A stretch of DNA of 64,000 nt, taken from NCBI GenBank assembly GCA_027492205.1, contig JAOZFN010000006.1, positions 7,369 to 71,368 of the forward strand, written 5' to 3'. Made by a program: the position numbers and the translations under genes. This document shows, piece by piece, positions 1 to 9,180 of the stretch; the first letter of the stretch is position 1; every line of letters begins with the position of its first letter. The notes under the pieces are model-generated. The model did not search any database, had not been told where the DNA came from, and was given only the letters and a program-made list of their open reading frames with translations. This DNA comes from Thermoproteota archaeon. GTDB lineage: Archaea > Korarchaeota > Korarchaeia > Korarchaeales > Korarchaeaceae.

Positions 1-959
1 CCCATCTTCGCCAGCTCGGCGCAGAGCCGCATGCCGGCGGCGGTCCTTCTCCCGCCCCATCCCCTCACCCCTATCACGTTGAGCCTGCTGAGGCGCCTGG
101 CCACCGACCGGGGATCTCCTCCGACGTTGTAGAGCCCGTCGGTGATCAGGACGTACCTCTTGTCTGGCCTCTTGATAAGGGCGCCCTGCTTCAGGGCCAC
201 CTCTAGGGCCCCCCTCATGTTGGTGTAGCCAAGCGGGGCCAAATCCATTATCTCCTCGATCACCCTCTCAATGGGGGTCTTGTCCCTCACCCCCTTTAAG
301 ACGAAGGGCTCCGTGTTGAACGCGACGATCGCGTACTCGTCCGCCCTCATGAGGTGAGCTGCGACGGCCGCGGAGAGCGCCGCGGCCGCGATCTTGCCCC
401 CCGTCATCGAGCCGCTTGCGTCCAATATTATGACGGCCCCGCGGCTCCGCTCCACCCTCCTCACCCCGACGACGTCCTCGTAGGTGAGTTCCTTCAGGCT
501 CTTTCCGCTGGAGATCAGCCTCTGTATGGTCTCCTCGACGTCGAAGTCCATGCCCGGCTCGTACCTCGTCAGAACGCGCATTGACCTGCCGGACGCGAGC
601 GAGGCGATCCTCACCCCGCTCCTCAGCGCGACCTTGCTGAGGAGGGACCTGAACCTCCTCCTGAGCTCGGGGTTGAGGTGCCACCTTATCTGTCGGTAAA
701 GCCTCATGCCGGCCGCCGGGTTCCTCTCCAAGGACCTGAGGAAGGTTCCCTCCAGCCCACCCTCTGAGATCGCCCTGGCGACGGCCACGCTGCTCAGGGC
801 TGCCAGAGAGATGAGCTCACCCAGAGAGCCCGACGACGCCGCCGAGGCGGCCCTGGCGTACAGGGACTCGTAGTCCAGCTCAATCTCTCGCCACTCGCCC
901 GGCCTGGGCTCAGGCTCGCTAGGGACTCCGGAGGTGCTCGGAGGCGGGCTGAGCGTCAT
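1..959 (-). CDS. von Willebrand factor A (VWA) domain protein, partner of the adjacent MoxR ATPase; runs off the window edge
   Basis: Manual translation from ATG at 959 is open to the window edge. It has the MIDAS motif IILDASGSM, then GYTN and YVLITDG. It lies directly downstream of a MoxR gene. Not in the ORF track because it is truncated. Confidence 0.85.
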   Translation of the reverse strand, partial: MTLSPPPSTSGVPSEPEPRPGEWREIELDYESLYARAASAASSGSLGELISLAALSSVAVARAISEGGLEGTFLRSLERNPAAGMRLYRQIRWHLNPELRRRFRSLLSKVALRSGVRIASLASGRSMRVLTRYEPGMDFDVEETIQRLISSGKSLKELTYEDVVGVRRVERSRGAVIILDASGSMTGGKIAAAALSAAVAAHLMRADEYAIVAFNTEPFVLKGVRDKTPIERVIEEIMDLAPLGYTNMRGALEVALKQGALIKRPDKRYVLITDGLYNVGGDPRSVARRLSRLNVIGVRGWGGRRTAAGMRLCAELAKM

Positions 960-979
960 CGGGGCGTCGGTCCGCCCCT

Positions 980-1873
980 CTACTCCCGAAAATCCTCGGC
1001 CGCCCCCCGTAACGCCCTGAGAACTAGGTCCCTGATCACGGACTCGACGTCGTCGGTCACGCCGTCGCGGAGTTCAACCCTGGGGCTGAGGACCATGATC
1101 GCGGCGGTGATCCAGTCCCCCTCCGTCGGGTCCTCACAGATCTGCCTCACGACCGATGCGAGGTCTATGGCAGACCTGACGGAGGCGCCCCTCCTTATGG
1201 AGGGGTCGCTCCTGGTCTCCCGAACTATCCTGACGGCCGTGCTGACGATCCTCGAATCCTCGACTCCGCTCCTCAGCCTCACAATCTCCCGCTCCTCCTC
1301 CTCTGACTGGTACTCCAGCCTCACGAGGACGAACCTATCCCTGAGCGCCTCCGAGAGCCTGGTCACGCCGATGCTCTCCTCCGGGTTCTGGGTTGCCACT
1401 ATCAGAAAGCCCTCCCTCGCCCTGAACTCGCCCAGGTGTGGAACCGTGATTATGCCCTCATCCATCACCGGGAGGAGGGCGTTCTGAGCAGACTCCGGGA
1501 GCCTGTTCAGCTCGTTGATGAACAGGACTCCCCCGCTCAGCGCGGCCCTGGTCAGGGGGCCCTCGACGAAGGCCTCCCGCACGTACCCCCTGCTGAGGAC
1601 CATCGGGGGATCCCAGTATCCAATCAGCCTGGCCTCGGTTAGCCTCTCGTCTCCGTCTACCCTAATGAATTCCCTGCCCAGGTGCGAGGCCACCACCTTG
1701 GCCAGGAAGGTCTTCCCCACCCCCACAGGTCCCTCGAGGAGTATGTGCTTTCCGGCCCTGGCGGCGGCCAGTATCCTCCGCAGCTCTTCCCTCCGGCCGA
1801 CCACCTGATAGCGCTGCCTTATCTCCTCGACCTCTGCCACGAGCCCCTCCCTCGCTCCCAAGTCCAACCTCAC
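980..1873 (-). CDS. MoxR-family AAA+ ATPase
   Basis: Walker A GPVGVGKT, Walker B-like LFINELNR, ATQNP and LSEALRDRF motifs. Confidence 0.9.
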   Translation of the reverse strand: MRLDLGAREGLVAEVEEIRQRYQVVGRREELRRILAAARAGKHILLEGPVGVGKTFLAKVVASHLGREFIRVDGDERLTEARLIGYWDPPMVLSRGYVREAFVEGPLTRAALSGGVLFINELNRLPESAQNALLPVMDEGIITVPHLGEFRAREGFLIVATQNPEESIGVTRLSEALRDRFVLVRLEYQSEEEEREIVRLRSGVEDSRIVSTAVRIVRETRSDPSIRRGASVRSAIDLASVVRQICEDPTEGDWITAAIMVLSPRVELRDGVTDDVESVIRDLVLRALRGAAEDFRE

Positions 1874-1925
1874 CCGCGCCGCCGCGCGCCCTCAGTTCCC
1901 TACTGCAGGGGCGGGTTAATTACGG

Positions 1926-2609
1926 TTACTCGGGCGCCCCCTCCGCTATCTTAACGCCTGAGCTGGTCCCTATCCTGTTTGCGCCAGCCTCTATCATGGC
2001 AACGGCCTGCTCATAGGTCCTTATTCCACCGGCGGCCTTAACCCCGAGCCTATCGCCCACCAGGTTCCTCAGGAGCCTCACGTCCTCGACCGTTGCGCCT
2101 CTCGGCCCAAAACCGGTGGACGTCTTGACGAAGTCCGCGCCAGCCTCCTCCACCAAGGCGCATGCCGCCTCGATCTCCTCTCGGTTCAGCAGCCCCGTCT
2201 CCAGTATGACCTTCACGACCCCCCCGGGTACCACCTCCCTGAAGGCCCTGACGACCCCCCTCACGTCCTCGAGGACGATGTCGTCCAGGCCGCTCCTCAG
2301 GGCGCCCACGTTGATCACCATGTCCACCTCCGAGGCGCCCTGCCTGCCCACCAGCTCGGCCTCACGCGCCTTGACCTCGGGCAGGTTGGCGCCGAGCGGG
2401 AAGCCCACGACGGAGCAGACCTTCAGGCTTGAACCCCTCGCCAGCCTCGCGGCCAGGGGAACGTAGTACGGGTTCACCACCACCGAGTGGAACCCATACT
2501 TCAGACCCTCTTCCACGAGCCCGGCCACGTCGGACTCGGTGGCCTGAGGCTTGAGGAGCGTGTGGTCGATCATCTTGACGAGCTCACTCCTCCTTATCAT
2601 TGAGATCAC
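1926..2609 (-). CDS. deoC: Deoxyribose-phosphate aldolase
   Basis: IDHTLLKP, VVGFPLG, EVDMVIN, KVILET, FVKTSTGF, VKAAGGIR and RIGTS motifs. The start may be the ATG at 2600. Confidence 0.95.
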   Translation of the reverse strand: MISMIRRSELVKMIDHTLLKPQATESDVAGLVEEGLKYGFHSVVVNPYYVPLAARLARGSSLKVCSVVGFPLGANLPEVKAREAELVGRQGASEVDMVINVGALRSGLDDIVLEDVRGVVRAFREVVPGGVVKVILETGLLNREEIEAACALVEEAGADFVKTSTGFGPRGATVEDVRLLRNLVGDRLGVKAAGGIRTYEQAVAMIEAGANRIGTSSGVKIAEGAPE

Positions 2610-3186
2610 CCCTCCCGAGCCTGACGTTAAACCAGTAGTCGATGAACCTCCTGACCACGTCGAAGGTCTCGTCCGCGGACAGCCTGGTGGTGTCGAGAAC
2701 TAGGTTGAATGGGCTCAGGTCCTCCCCGAGCCTGAACCCGTAGAGGGAGAGGTAGAGCTTCTTGGTCTCTGCGTCCTTCCTGAGAATGGCCACCTTGGCC
2801 TCCTCAACGCTCGTCCCATCCCTCTTGGCCACCCTCTCGGCCCTGACTCCGAGGTCAGCCTTGAGGAAGATCGCTACCTTGTCGTCGGCCTCGAGCAGGT
2901 AGGCCATGGTCCACGAGTCCAGCACCACGTCCCCCCTCTCCATCGCGAGCCTGATGAGTTCCTCGTCCACCCTCCTGTCGAAGCTCGGGTCCTGCTTCCT
3001 GAGCTCCATTGCGCGCTTACCACCCTCCCTCTCCCACCATCCAGGGTCGCTGAGAGCCTCTTCACCGCCAATGAGCTTTTTGAGGACGTTTCCGCCGGAG
3101 ACGTAGTCCAGCCCGTAGTGGGCGGCGAGCCTCCTTGCCAGGGTGCTCTTACCAGTTCCGGTGAAGCCTGTGAGGCATATCTTCAA
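2584..3186 (-). CDS. cmk: Cytidylate kinase, archaeal type
   Basis: P-loop GFTGTGKST near the N-terminus, FDRRVD, RAERVAKRD and LYG..D.S.FNLVLDT. Start placed at TTG 3186; the ORF track extends to 3258. Confidence 0.88.
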   Translation of the reverse strand: MKICLTGFTGTGKSTLARRLAAHYGLDYVSGGNVLKKLIGGEEALSDPGWWEREGGKRAMELRKQDPSFDRRVDEELIRLAMERGDVVLDSWTMAYLLEADDKVAIFLKADLGVRAERVAKRDGTSVEEAKVAILRKDAETKKLYLSLYGFRLGEDLSPFNLVLDTTRLSADETFDVVRRFIDYWFNVRLGRGDLNDKEE

Positions 3187-3203
3187 GGCTCGGGCACCCG
3201 GAG

Positions 3204-4214
3204 CTAGGAACGATCCCTCAGTATTAAGCGCAACTCCTCGGGCCCTAAGAGCTTCCACTCGACCTCGTCAGGCCTCCACCTCGGCTTGATCGCGCTATCC
3301 TCCACTCCGAGGGGACCGAACTGGGCGTAGGCCAGAAGGGCCGTCCAGGCGATCATGGCCCCGTTATCCCTGAGGTACTCTGGCGGGGGCACCAGCATCC
3401 TGGCGCCCCTGGCCTCGCACATGGTCCTGATCTTCTCCTGGAGCCTGGGCGAGGCGGCTACCCCCCCCACAATCAGGACCTCGTCCCGACCCGTTGCCGC
3501 GAGGGCCCTCTCGGTCACCTCTGCTAGCATGGAGAAGGCGACCTCCACGAAGCTCCAGGCCACGTCGTCCCTGTCAGCTCCCTCCCTGAGCCTCCTCTCG
3601 ACCTCCGTGACGATGCCGCTGAACGAGAGGTCCATGCCCTTCACGGTGTAAGGCAGGTCGACCCAGCCTCCCTCCACGCGATCCAGGTGGGGGCCTGCCG
3701 GAAAGGGGAAGCCCAGAAGTCGGCCCACCTTCTCCTGAGCGTTGCCCAGGCCTATGTCTAGGGTCTCACCGATGATCCTGAATCCCTTCTCGCGGTGAAC
3801 CATGATCTGCGTGTTTCCGCCCGAGACGTAGACCACCAGGGGATCTCTAGCCCCTGTAACCAGCCTCCCGATCTCTATGTGGGCTATCGGGTGGTTCACC
3901 CCAACTAGGGGGACGCCCAGGCGGAGCGCAAGCGTCCTGGCTGCCACGGCGCCCACCTGGAGCGGCTGGCCCAGGCCGGGCCCCTGGGCGAAGCCGACGA
4001 GGTCAACGTCACCCAGCGAGATGTCAGCCCCCCTCAGGGCGGTCTCGATGACGGACCTGGCATTCCTCGCGTGGTGCTCCGCAGCCTCACCCGGCTTGAG
4101 CCCGCCTTCGGGGGACTTGAGGACGGACCTGGCGTTGGCCAGTATCTCACCCTCTGAGGTCGCCAGGCCCACGCCGAAGGTGTGGGCGGTGGACTCAATC
4201 CCCAGGGCGATCAA
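3204..4214 (-). CDS. kae1: tRNA N6-threonylcarbamoyltransferase Kae1/TsaD (KEOPS)
   Basis: LGIESTAHT, GPGLG, VNHPIAHIE, VSGGNTQ, GETLDIGLGN and DNGAMIA motifs. Confidence 0.96.
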   Translation of the reverse strand: MIALGIESTAHTFGVGLATSEGEILANARSVLKSPEGGLKPGEAAEHHARNARSVIETALRGADISLGDVDLVGFAQGPGLGQPLQVGAVAARTLALRLGVPLVGVNHPIAHIEIGRLVTGARDPLVVYVSGGNTQIMVHREKGFRIIGETLDIGLGNAQEKVGRLLGFPFPAGPHLDRVEGGWVDLPYTVKGMDLSFSGIVTEVERRLREGADRDDVAWSFVEVAFSMLAEVTERALAATGRDEVLIVGGVAASPRLQEKIRTMCEARGARMLVPPPEYLRDNGAMIAWTALLAYAQFGPLGVEDSAIKPRWRPDEVEWKLLGPEELRLILRDRS

Positions 4215-4873
4215 GCGCCCCCAACCACCTCCTGGAACTTCTTCAGGATCTCCTCGAAGGGGACGGGCCCCTGCCTCACGAGCTCCGGCCTGCCGGAGGT
4301 GAGGTCCACGACCGTGGAGGCCGGCCTCCTGGGGAGGGGGCCGGCGTCTATTATAAGGTCGGCATCGGGGAGGGCCATCATAGCCTCTTCCGGCGTGTAG
4401 GCGGGGGGCCTTCCGCTGATGTTGGCGCTGGTGGCGGTTATGGCCCTCCCGAACCTCTGAACCAGCTCGATGGCTATGGGGTTGTTTGGGATCCTCATGC
4501 CTATCGCCCTGGGGTTCACCTCATCCGGGACCTTCTCGGTCTTCGGCAGAATGAACGTGACGGCCCCGGGCAGGAACTCCCTCATGAAGCTCTCGAGCCT
4601 CTCATCAAAGACCGCGTAGCGGGCCATCATCTCGAAGTCGCCTACCGCGATCGTGAGCGGGTTGCTCCTCGGCCTCACCTTGACCCTGTAGACCTTCAGC
4701 ACGGCCTCCCTGTTCTCCGCGTCGGCTGCCAACCCGTAGGTGGTGTCTGTAGGGTAGATAACGAGGCCGCCCCTCTCCAAGACCTCTACCGCGATCCTGA
4801 ATCCCTCCTCGCTGCACCCAGATCTCGCTATGATCCTGCGCAACTGCGCCCTCCCGGCTTTCGAGCACTCCAT
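4211..4873 (-). CDS. tsaC: L-threonylcarbamoyladenylate synthase, single-domain TsaC/YrdC type
   Basis: YPTDTTYGL, K.RP..NPL, TSANISG and STVVDL..R.G motifs; no C-terminal SUA5 domain. Confidence 0.92.
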   Translation of the reverse strand: MECSKAGRAQLRRIIARSGCSEEGFRIAVEVLERGGLVIYPTDTTYGLAADAENREAVLKVYRVKVRPRSNPLTIAVGDFEMMARYAVFDERLESFMREFLPGAVTFILPKTEKVPDEVNPRAIGMRIPNNPIAIELVQRFGRAITATSANISGRPPAYTPEEAMMALPDADLIIDAGPLPRRPASTVVDLTSGRPELVRQGPVPFEEILKKFQEVVGGA

Positions 4874-4910
4874 GTTAAATTAATCATCGCCGCAACTCGG
4901 AAGCCGAAAG

Positions 4911-5816
4911 ATGGGGTTCGACCTCCCGCCAGAGTACGTAGAGTTGGGCAGGTTCGTGGGCTCTCTCCTCGACAGGGTCGTTCGAGAGATCAGGCCAGGG
5001 GTCAAGCTCCTGGAGGTCGCAGAGTCGATTGAGTCGGAGATAAGGGAGGCGGGCTACGAGCCTGCCTTTCCCGTCAACCTCTCAATCAACGAGGTTGCGG
5101 CGCACTACACCCCGCCGCCAGAGGACGATGCCGTCGTCCCCGAGGGCGCCCTCCTGAAGGTCGACGTGGGCGCCCGACTCGGCGGCCTCATCGTAGACGC
5201 CGCCAGGACGGTCGACCTCAGCGGGAGCTACGGCTCGCTTGTGGAGGCGGCGCGTGCTGCCCTCGAGGCCGCGGGCAGGACGATGGCCCCGGGAGTCCCG
5301 GTAAAGGCGGTCAGCAGGGCCATCTACGATGAGATCAGGTCAAGGGGACTTCAGCCGATCGTAAACCTCGCCGGGCACAAGATATCCGAGTACAAGCTGC
5401 ACGCTGGCGTCGACGTTCCGAACGTCCCCCAGAGGCTCAGCCTCTACAAGTTCAGGGTGGGCGACGTATTCGCCGTGGAGCCGTTCGTGACTACCCCCGA
5501 GGGCTCGGGCTTCGTGTTGGAGGCGCACCCTGGGCACATATTCTCGTATGCCAAGAACGTCCGAACCTCGGACGTCGCCGAGAGGAGGGTCATGGCCGCC
5601 GCCAGAGACACTTTCAAGAGGCTGCCGTTCTGCGAGAGGTGGCTTATTCCGATCACGGGCATGAGGGTGGAGTACGCCATCAGGAGGCTCGTGAAGAAGA
5701 GGGGGCTGCGGGAGTACCCGCCGCTCGTCGAGTCTAGAGGGGGGCCGGTGGCCCAGTGGGAGGACACGTACGTGGTCACGGAGTCCGGGGCGCTGCCCCT
5801 CACGAGGGGGGGATAG
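4911..5816 (+). CDS. map: Methionine aminopeptidase type II
   Basis: AFPVNLSINEVAAHYTP, KVDVG, D.A.T, GH.I..Y.LHAG, AVEPF, YPPLVE and AQWEDT motifs. Confidence 0.95.
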   Translation: MGFDLPPEYVELGRFVGSLLDRVVREIRPGVKLLEVAESIESEIREAGYEPAFPVNLSINEVAAHYTPPPEDDAVVPEGALLKVDVGARLGGLIVDAARTVDLSGSYGSLVEAARAALEAAGRTMAPGVPVKAVSRAIYDEIRSRGLQPIVNLAGHKISEYKLHAGVDVPNVPQRLSLYKFRVGDVFAVEPFVTTPEGSGFVLEAHPGHIFSYAKNVRTSDVAERRVMAAARDTFKRLPFCERWLIPITGMRVEYAIRRLVKKRGLREYPPLVESRGGPVAQWEDTYVVTESGALPLTRGG

Positions 5817-5818
5817 CA

Positions 5819-6238
5819 ATGCCCCGACGGGGGTCCCAGGCCGAGAGAGACCTGGTCAGGCTCTTCTGGAGGCAAGGGATCGGCGCGGTCAGGGTGGCCG
5901 GGAGCGGCTCGACGGGCCTCCCCTCCGCCGACGTAGTGGCGGGTGGGCCCGGAGGCCTCGCCGTGATAGAGGTGAAGACCACCTCGTCGGACAGGGCCTA
6001 CGTGCCCATAGGCGAGATAGAGTCCCTCGAGAAGCTGTCTCGAGCCCTCGGAGCATCTGCCTGGGTCGTCGTGAAGTTCAAGAAGCTTAAGAGAGGGGTT
6101 TTCTTCGCCCTCCCGCTGGAGGAACTCGAGGTGTCGGGGGCGGGAGCACAGGTGACCCTGGAGTTGGCGGAGAGGAAGGGAATAAGAGCAGAACTCTTGG
6201 CCCAGAAGCTGTCAGGCAGAATATCCGAGCTTGAGTGA
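5819..6238 (+). CDS. hjc: Archaeal Holliday junction resolvase
   Basis: GSQAERDL, R..GSG, DVVAG and IEVK nuclease motifs; ATG at 5819 just after the map stop codon. Confidence 0.9.
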   Translation: MPRRGSQAERDLVRLFWRQGIGAVRVAGSGSTGLPSADVVAGGPGGLAVIEVKTTSSDRAYVPIGEIESLEKLSRALGASAWVVVKFKKLKRGVFFALPLEELEVSGAGAQVTLELAERKGIRAELLAQKLSGRISELE

Positions 6239-6247
6239 CCTTGGCGG

Positions 6248-7348
6248 TCAGGGCTTGTACCACTCGAGCTTGTAGCTCAGAATCGAATCCCCTGCGACCA
6301 CAGATACGACCAGGGACTTCCTCACGCTTGTGGCGATCCTGCCAGCCCTTATCAGCTCTACGGGAGTTATTTTGGACTCCGCTCGTCCCACGAGGCACAG
6401 GTAGGGGGCGTGATCTATTCCGGGCCCCCTCTCATACACCATGAAGTCAGATCCGTACTTGGAGGCCGGCTTGGCGACGTAACCCAGGTCCCTCCACCTC
6501 TTGAACACCAGATACCTGGCCTCCGCGTCCCTTCTAACCTCTGACAGGATTCTCCTCAGGTCGTCGGCCGACAGGCTCCCGTTAGGAGACTCTACGTCGA
6601 GAACCCCCGCCTCGACGAGGTAGAGCGCCTCGAACAGGGACATCTGAAGCGGAAGTCGGTAGGGGGTTTTCGGCCTCGGCTTCTCGACCCCTATGTGGTG
6701 CCCCCAGAATCCGCCCGCGTAGAGGGCGTCGGCCTTCTCGGGGTCCCAGACTATCACCCTGTCGTGGGTGAGCCTGCCGGTCACCCTCAGGCCCTCTGGG
6801 ATCCGGGGGGGGCCTATCGGCTGCGGGAGGAAGCCGGTGGCCTCGTAGTACGTGACGTTCATCTCGTCGTCTACGACGGCCATCACGAGGCTCTTCCTCA
6901 GCCTCCCAGCGTACTTGACGTAGTCTAGAAGCTCGGAGTGGGTGATCGGCTCGTCCTCTGAAAGGGGGAGAACCAGGGACTTGGCAACGGATCTCCCTAT
7001 TCGCCCACCGCGCGGGTAGAGGCGCAGGAAAGGTGTGGCCGGCTCGACCCGGAGCACCCTCCCGTGCTTCCTGAGGTCGCTGTAGACGAGGAACCTCAGG
7101 AAGTCCTCGGGGTTGGACCTCGCGATGAGCTCGATAAGCTCCGGGGTCTCGACCGATTTCCCGCGATCCACGACCTTCAGCACTCCCTGACGGGCCAGCT
7201 CGGCTGCCTCTATCAGGGTCAGCCGGAGGGCGCCCTCCTCGAGCGAGCCGTACCCCTTCTCCGCCAGCTCCGCCAGCTCAGAGAGCTCTCCGGTGACGAC
7301 CACCCGCTCGTCCCCGAGCGATCCCTGCAGGGTTCCCAAGGGGATCAC
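6248..7348 (-). CDS. endA: tRNA splicing endonuclease, two-unit (alpha2-type)
   Basis: Two tandem EndA repeats. The C-terminal unit has the catalytic Tyr/His/Lys in KYGSDFMVYE.GPG.DHAPY...SVRK. Confidence 0.92.
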   Translation of the reverse strand: MIPLGTLQGSLGDERVVVTGELSELAELAEKGYGSLEEGALRLTLIEAAELARQGVLKVVDRGKSVETPELIELIARSNPEDFLRFLVYSDLRKHGRVLRVEPATPFLRLYPRGGRIGRSVAKSLVLPLSEDEPITHSELLDYVKYAGRLRKSLVMAVVDDEMNVTYYEATGFLPQPIGPPRIPEGLRVTGRLTHDRVIVWDPEKADALYAGGFWGHHIGVEKPRPKTPYRLPLQMSLFEALYLVEAGVLDVESPNGSLSADDLRRILSEVRRDAEARYLVFKRWRDLGYVAKPASKYGSDFMVYERGPGIDHAPYLCLVGRAESKITPVELIRAGRIATSVRKSLVVSVVAGDSILSYKLEWYKP

Positions 7349-8262
7349 CTCCCCGAGAGAACCAGCGAGAGGACCCTCTCCACCGCGTCTAGGTTGAGGT
7401 CGGGCTCCCTTCCCTCCCTGACGTGCTGAACGAAGTACGCCAGCTCCTCGGCTAATGGCTCAGACCACCTGGTTCGGAGGATTGAGGACCTGTCTGACCT
7501 GTCCAGAATCACAGTCTGCCTCAGATAATCCAGCTCGGCGCTCCCCCTCGACCCGGAAACGCGGACCGCGCGGTAGCTTATGGGAGTGAGCCAGTTCGCC
7601 TCTATGACCCCAACCACGCCGCTGGGATACTCCATGATGTACAGCGCCACATCTTCAGCCTCGTTCCCAAGTACGGAGCGCCGGAAGGCCCAAACACTCT
7701 CTGGATCCTCGTTTAGCAGGTCGAGTTGAACGTAGGCCTCGTGCACGCCCAGGTCCAGCGAGACCCCGATCTGCCACTTCACCTGCCTCTTGGGGGACCT
7801 TCCTATCCTCTTCCCGGAGACCACGTACAGGTCCCCAAGCTCCCCCCCTTGGACGAGCTTCTTGAGGAGCCTGTAGCCCGGATTGAACAGCTCTATGAAG
7901 CCGGGTACCACCAGTGCCCCGGCCTTGGAGGCTGCGGATCGGAGGGCCTCGAGCTCGCTCAGCGAGGTGGCCACGGGCTTCTCCACGAGAGCGTGCGCCC
8001 CGGCCTCCAACACCTCGGTGGCCGCCTCCACAAGCTTCTGGGGGGTGACCACAACGCTCACCGCGTCCAAGTCGGCGCGCTCCACCATCTCCCTGGCGGA
8101 CCCATACGCCTCTATCCCGTATCCCTCCGCGACGGATCTCGCGAGCTGCAGGTCGATGTCGGAGACCGCGACGAGTTCAACCCCCGCAAGGGTCCGGTAT
8201 ACGCGGGCGTGGGCTCGGCCAAACCAGCCGCATCCAACAACGCCCACCCTCACCTTCCGCAT
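7345..8262 (-). CDS. Gfo/Idh/MocA-family NAD(P)-dependent oxidoreductase, possibly acting on a sugar nucleotide
   Basis: VGVVGCGWFG Rossmann motif, LVEKP and DLGVH; ATG at 8262 lies just beyond a TATA box. Confidence 0.88.
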   Translation of the reverse strand: MRKVRVGVVGCGWFGRAHARVYRTLAGVELVAVSDIDLQLARSVAEGYGIEAYGSAREMVERADLDAVSVVVTPQKLVEAATEVLEAGAHALVEKPVATSLSELEALRSAASKAGALVVPGFIELFNPGYRLLKKLVQGGELGDLYVVSGKRIGRSPKRQVKWQIGVSLDLGVHEAYVQLDLLNEDPESVWAFRRSVLGNEAEDVALYIMEYPSGVVGVIEANWLTPISYRAVRVSGSRGSAELDYLRQTVILDRSDRSSILRTRWSEPLAEELAYFVQHVREGREPDLNLDAVERVLSLVLSGR

Positions 8263-8283
8263 CTCGGCGAGCGTCCCCTCAGG

Positions 8284-8293
8284 CAATATAAAG
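8284..8293. promoter_or_regulatory. Probable bidirectional TATA box
   Basis: caatataaag centred in the 52-bp gap between two divergent starts (8262 minus, 8315 plus). Confidence 0.55.
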
Positions 8294-8314
8294 TGGCGGA
8301 GCCGACTGGGTCCG

Positions 8315-9163
8315 ATGCGAATCGCGCGAAGGGTAGCGGGTTTCCTCAGGCTGCTTCGCCCCAAGAACGCAGTCATGGCCGCGATAGGTCCGATCGTGGG
8401 GTGGACGACCGTCCGGGCGGACATTTCGCGCGACCTGCTCCTGGCGGCGATAGTCCCCCCTCTCGTGCTCATGGCCGGCAATGCGGTGAACGACTACTTT
8501 GACGTGGAGATTGACAGGATCAACAAGCCGTGGAGGCCGATACCCAGCGGAGTCGTCAGCAGGGCAGAGGCGATACTGACCTACGCCTCCCTCTCGCTCA
8601 TGGCTACCGCAATCGCGTTCCTGCAGGGGCTCGCCCTGGGCCTAATGGCGGCGGCCTTCTCGGCGGCGTACCTCCTGTACGCCGCCAGGGTAAAGGCCAC
8701 GGGCCTACCTGGAAACCTCCTGGTCAGTCTGGGCGTGGCGTGCACCCTGATCTACGGAGCGCTGGCCGCCGGCGACCTGCCGGTGAAAGTCATCCTCTTC
8801 TCTCTGATCGCGTTCACCTCAAACACGGCGAGAGAGCTTGTTAAGGGGGTGGAAGACTTACCCGGAGACAGCGCGCTGGGTCTCAAGACGTTTCCCATAG
8901 CGGCCGGGGTAGAGGCAACGCGGCGCGTGATAATAGGCCTAACCCTGACCACGATTGCCCTGACGGCCGCACCCATAGCGATGGGCATCACCGGCAAGAT
9001 CTACGCCGTGGGATCCACTCTGGCGGGCGCGCTCCTCCTCGAGGCCGCCAGGAGATCAGCCGGAATCGCGCCAGAGAGTGCGGGGGCGGTGAGCGGAATC
9101 CTCAAGTCCGCCATGATGGTCGGTCTGCTCTCCATGCTCCTGGACAACCTGGTCGTGCTGTGA
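8315..9163 (+). CDS. UbiA-family prenyltransferase, likely digeranylgeranylglyceryl phosphate synthase
   Basis: LLRPKN, NDYFDVEIDRINKP.RPIPSG and RELVKGVEDLPGD motifs; multiple transmembrane segments. Confidence 0.9.
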   Translation: MRIARRVAGFLRLLRPKNAVMAAIGPIVGWTTVRADISRDLLLAAIVPPLVLMAGNAVNDYFDVEIDRINKPWRPIPSGVVSRAEAILTYASLSLMATAIAFLQGLALGLMAAAFSAAYLLYAARVKATGLPGNLLVSLGVACTLIYGALAAGDLPVKVILFSLIAFTSNTARELVKGVEDLPGDSALGLKTFPIAAGVEATRRVIIGLTLTTIALTAAPIAMGITGKIYAVGSTLAGALLLEAARRSAGIAPESAGAVSGILKSAMMVGLLSMLLDNLVVL

Positions 9164-9180
9164 GCGATCCCCAGCCAGGG

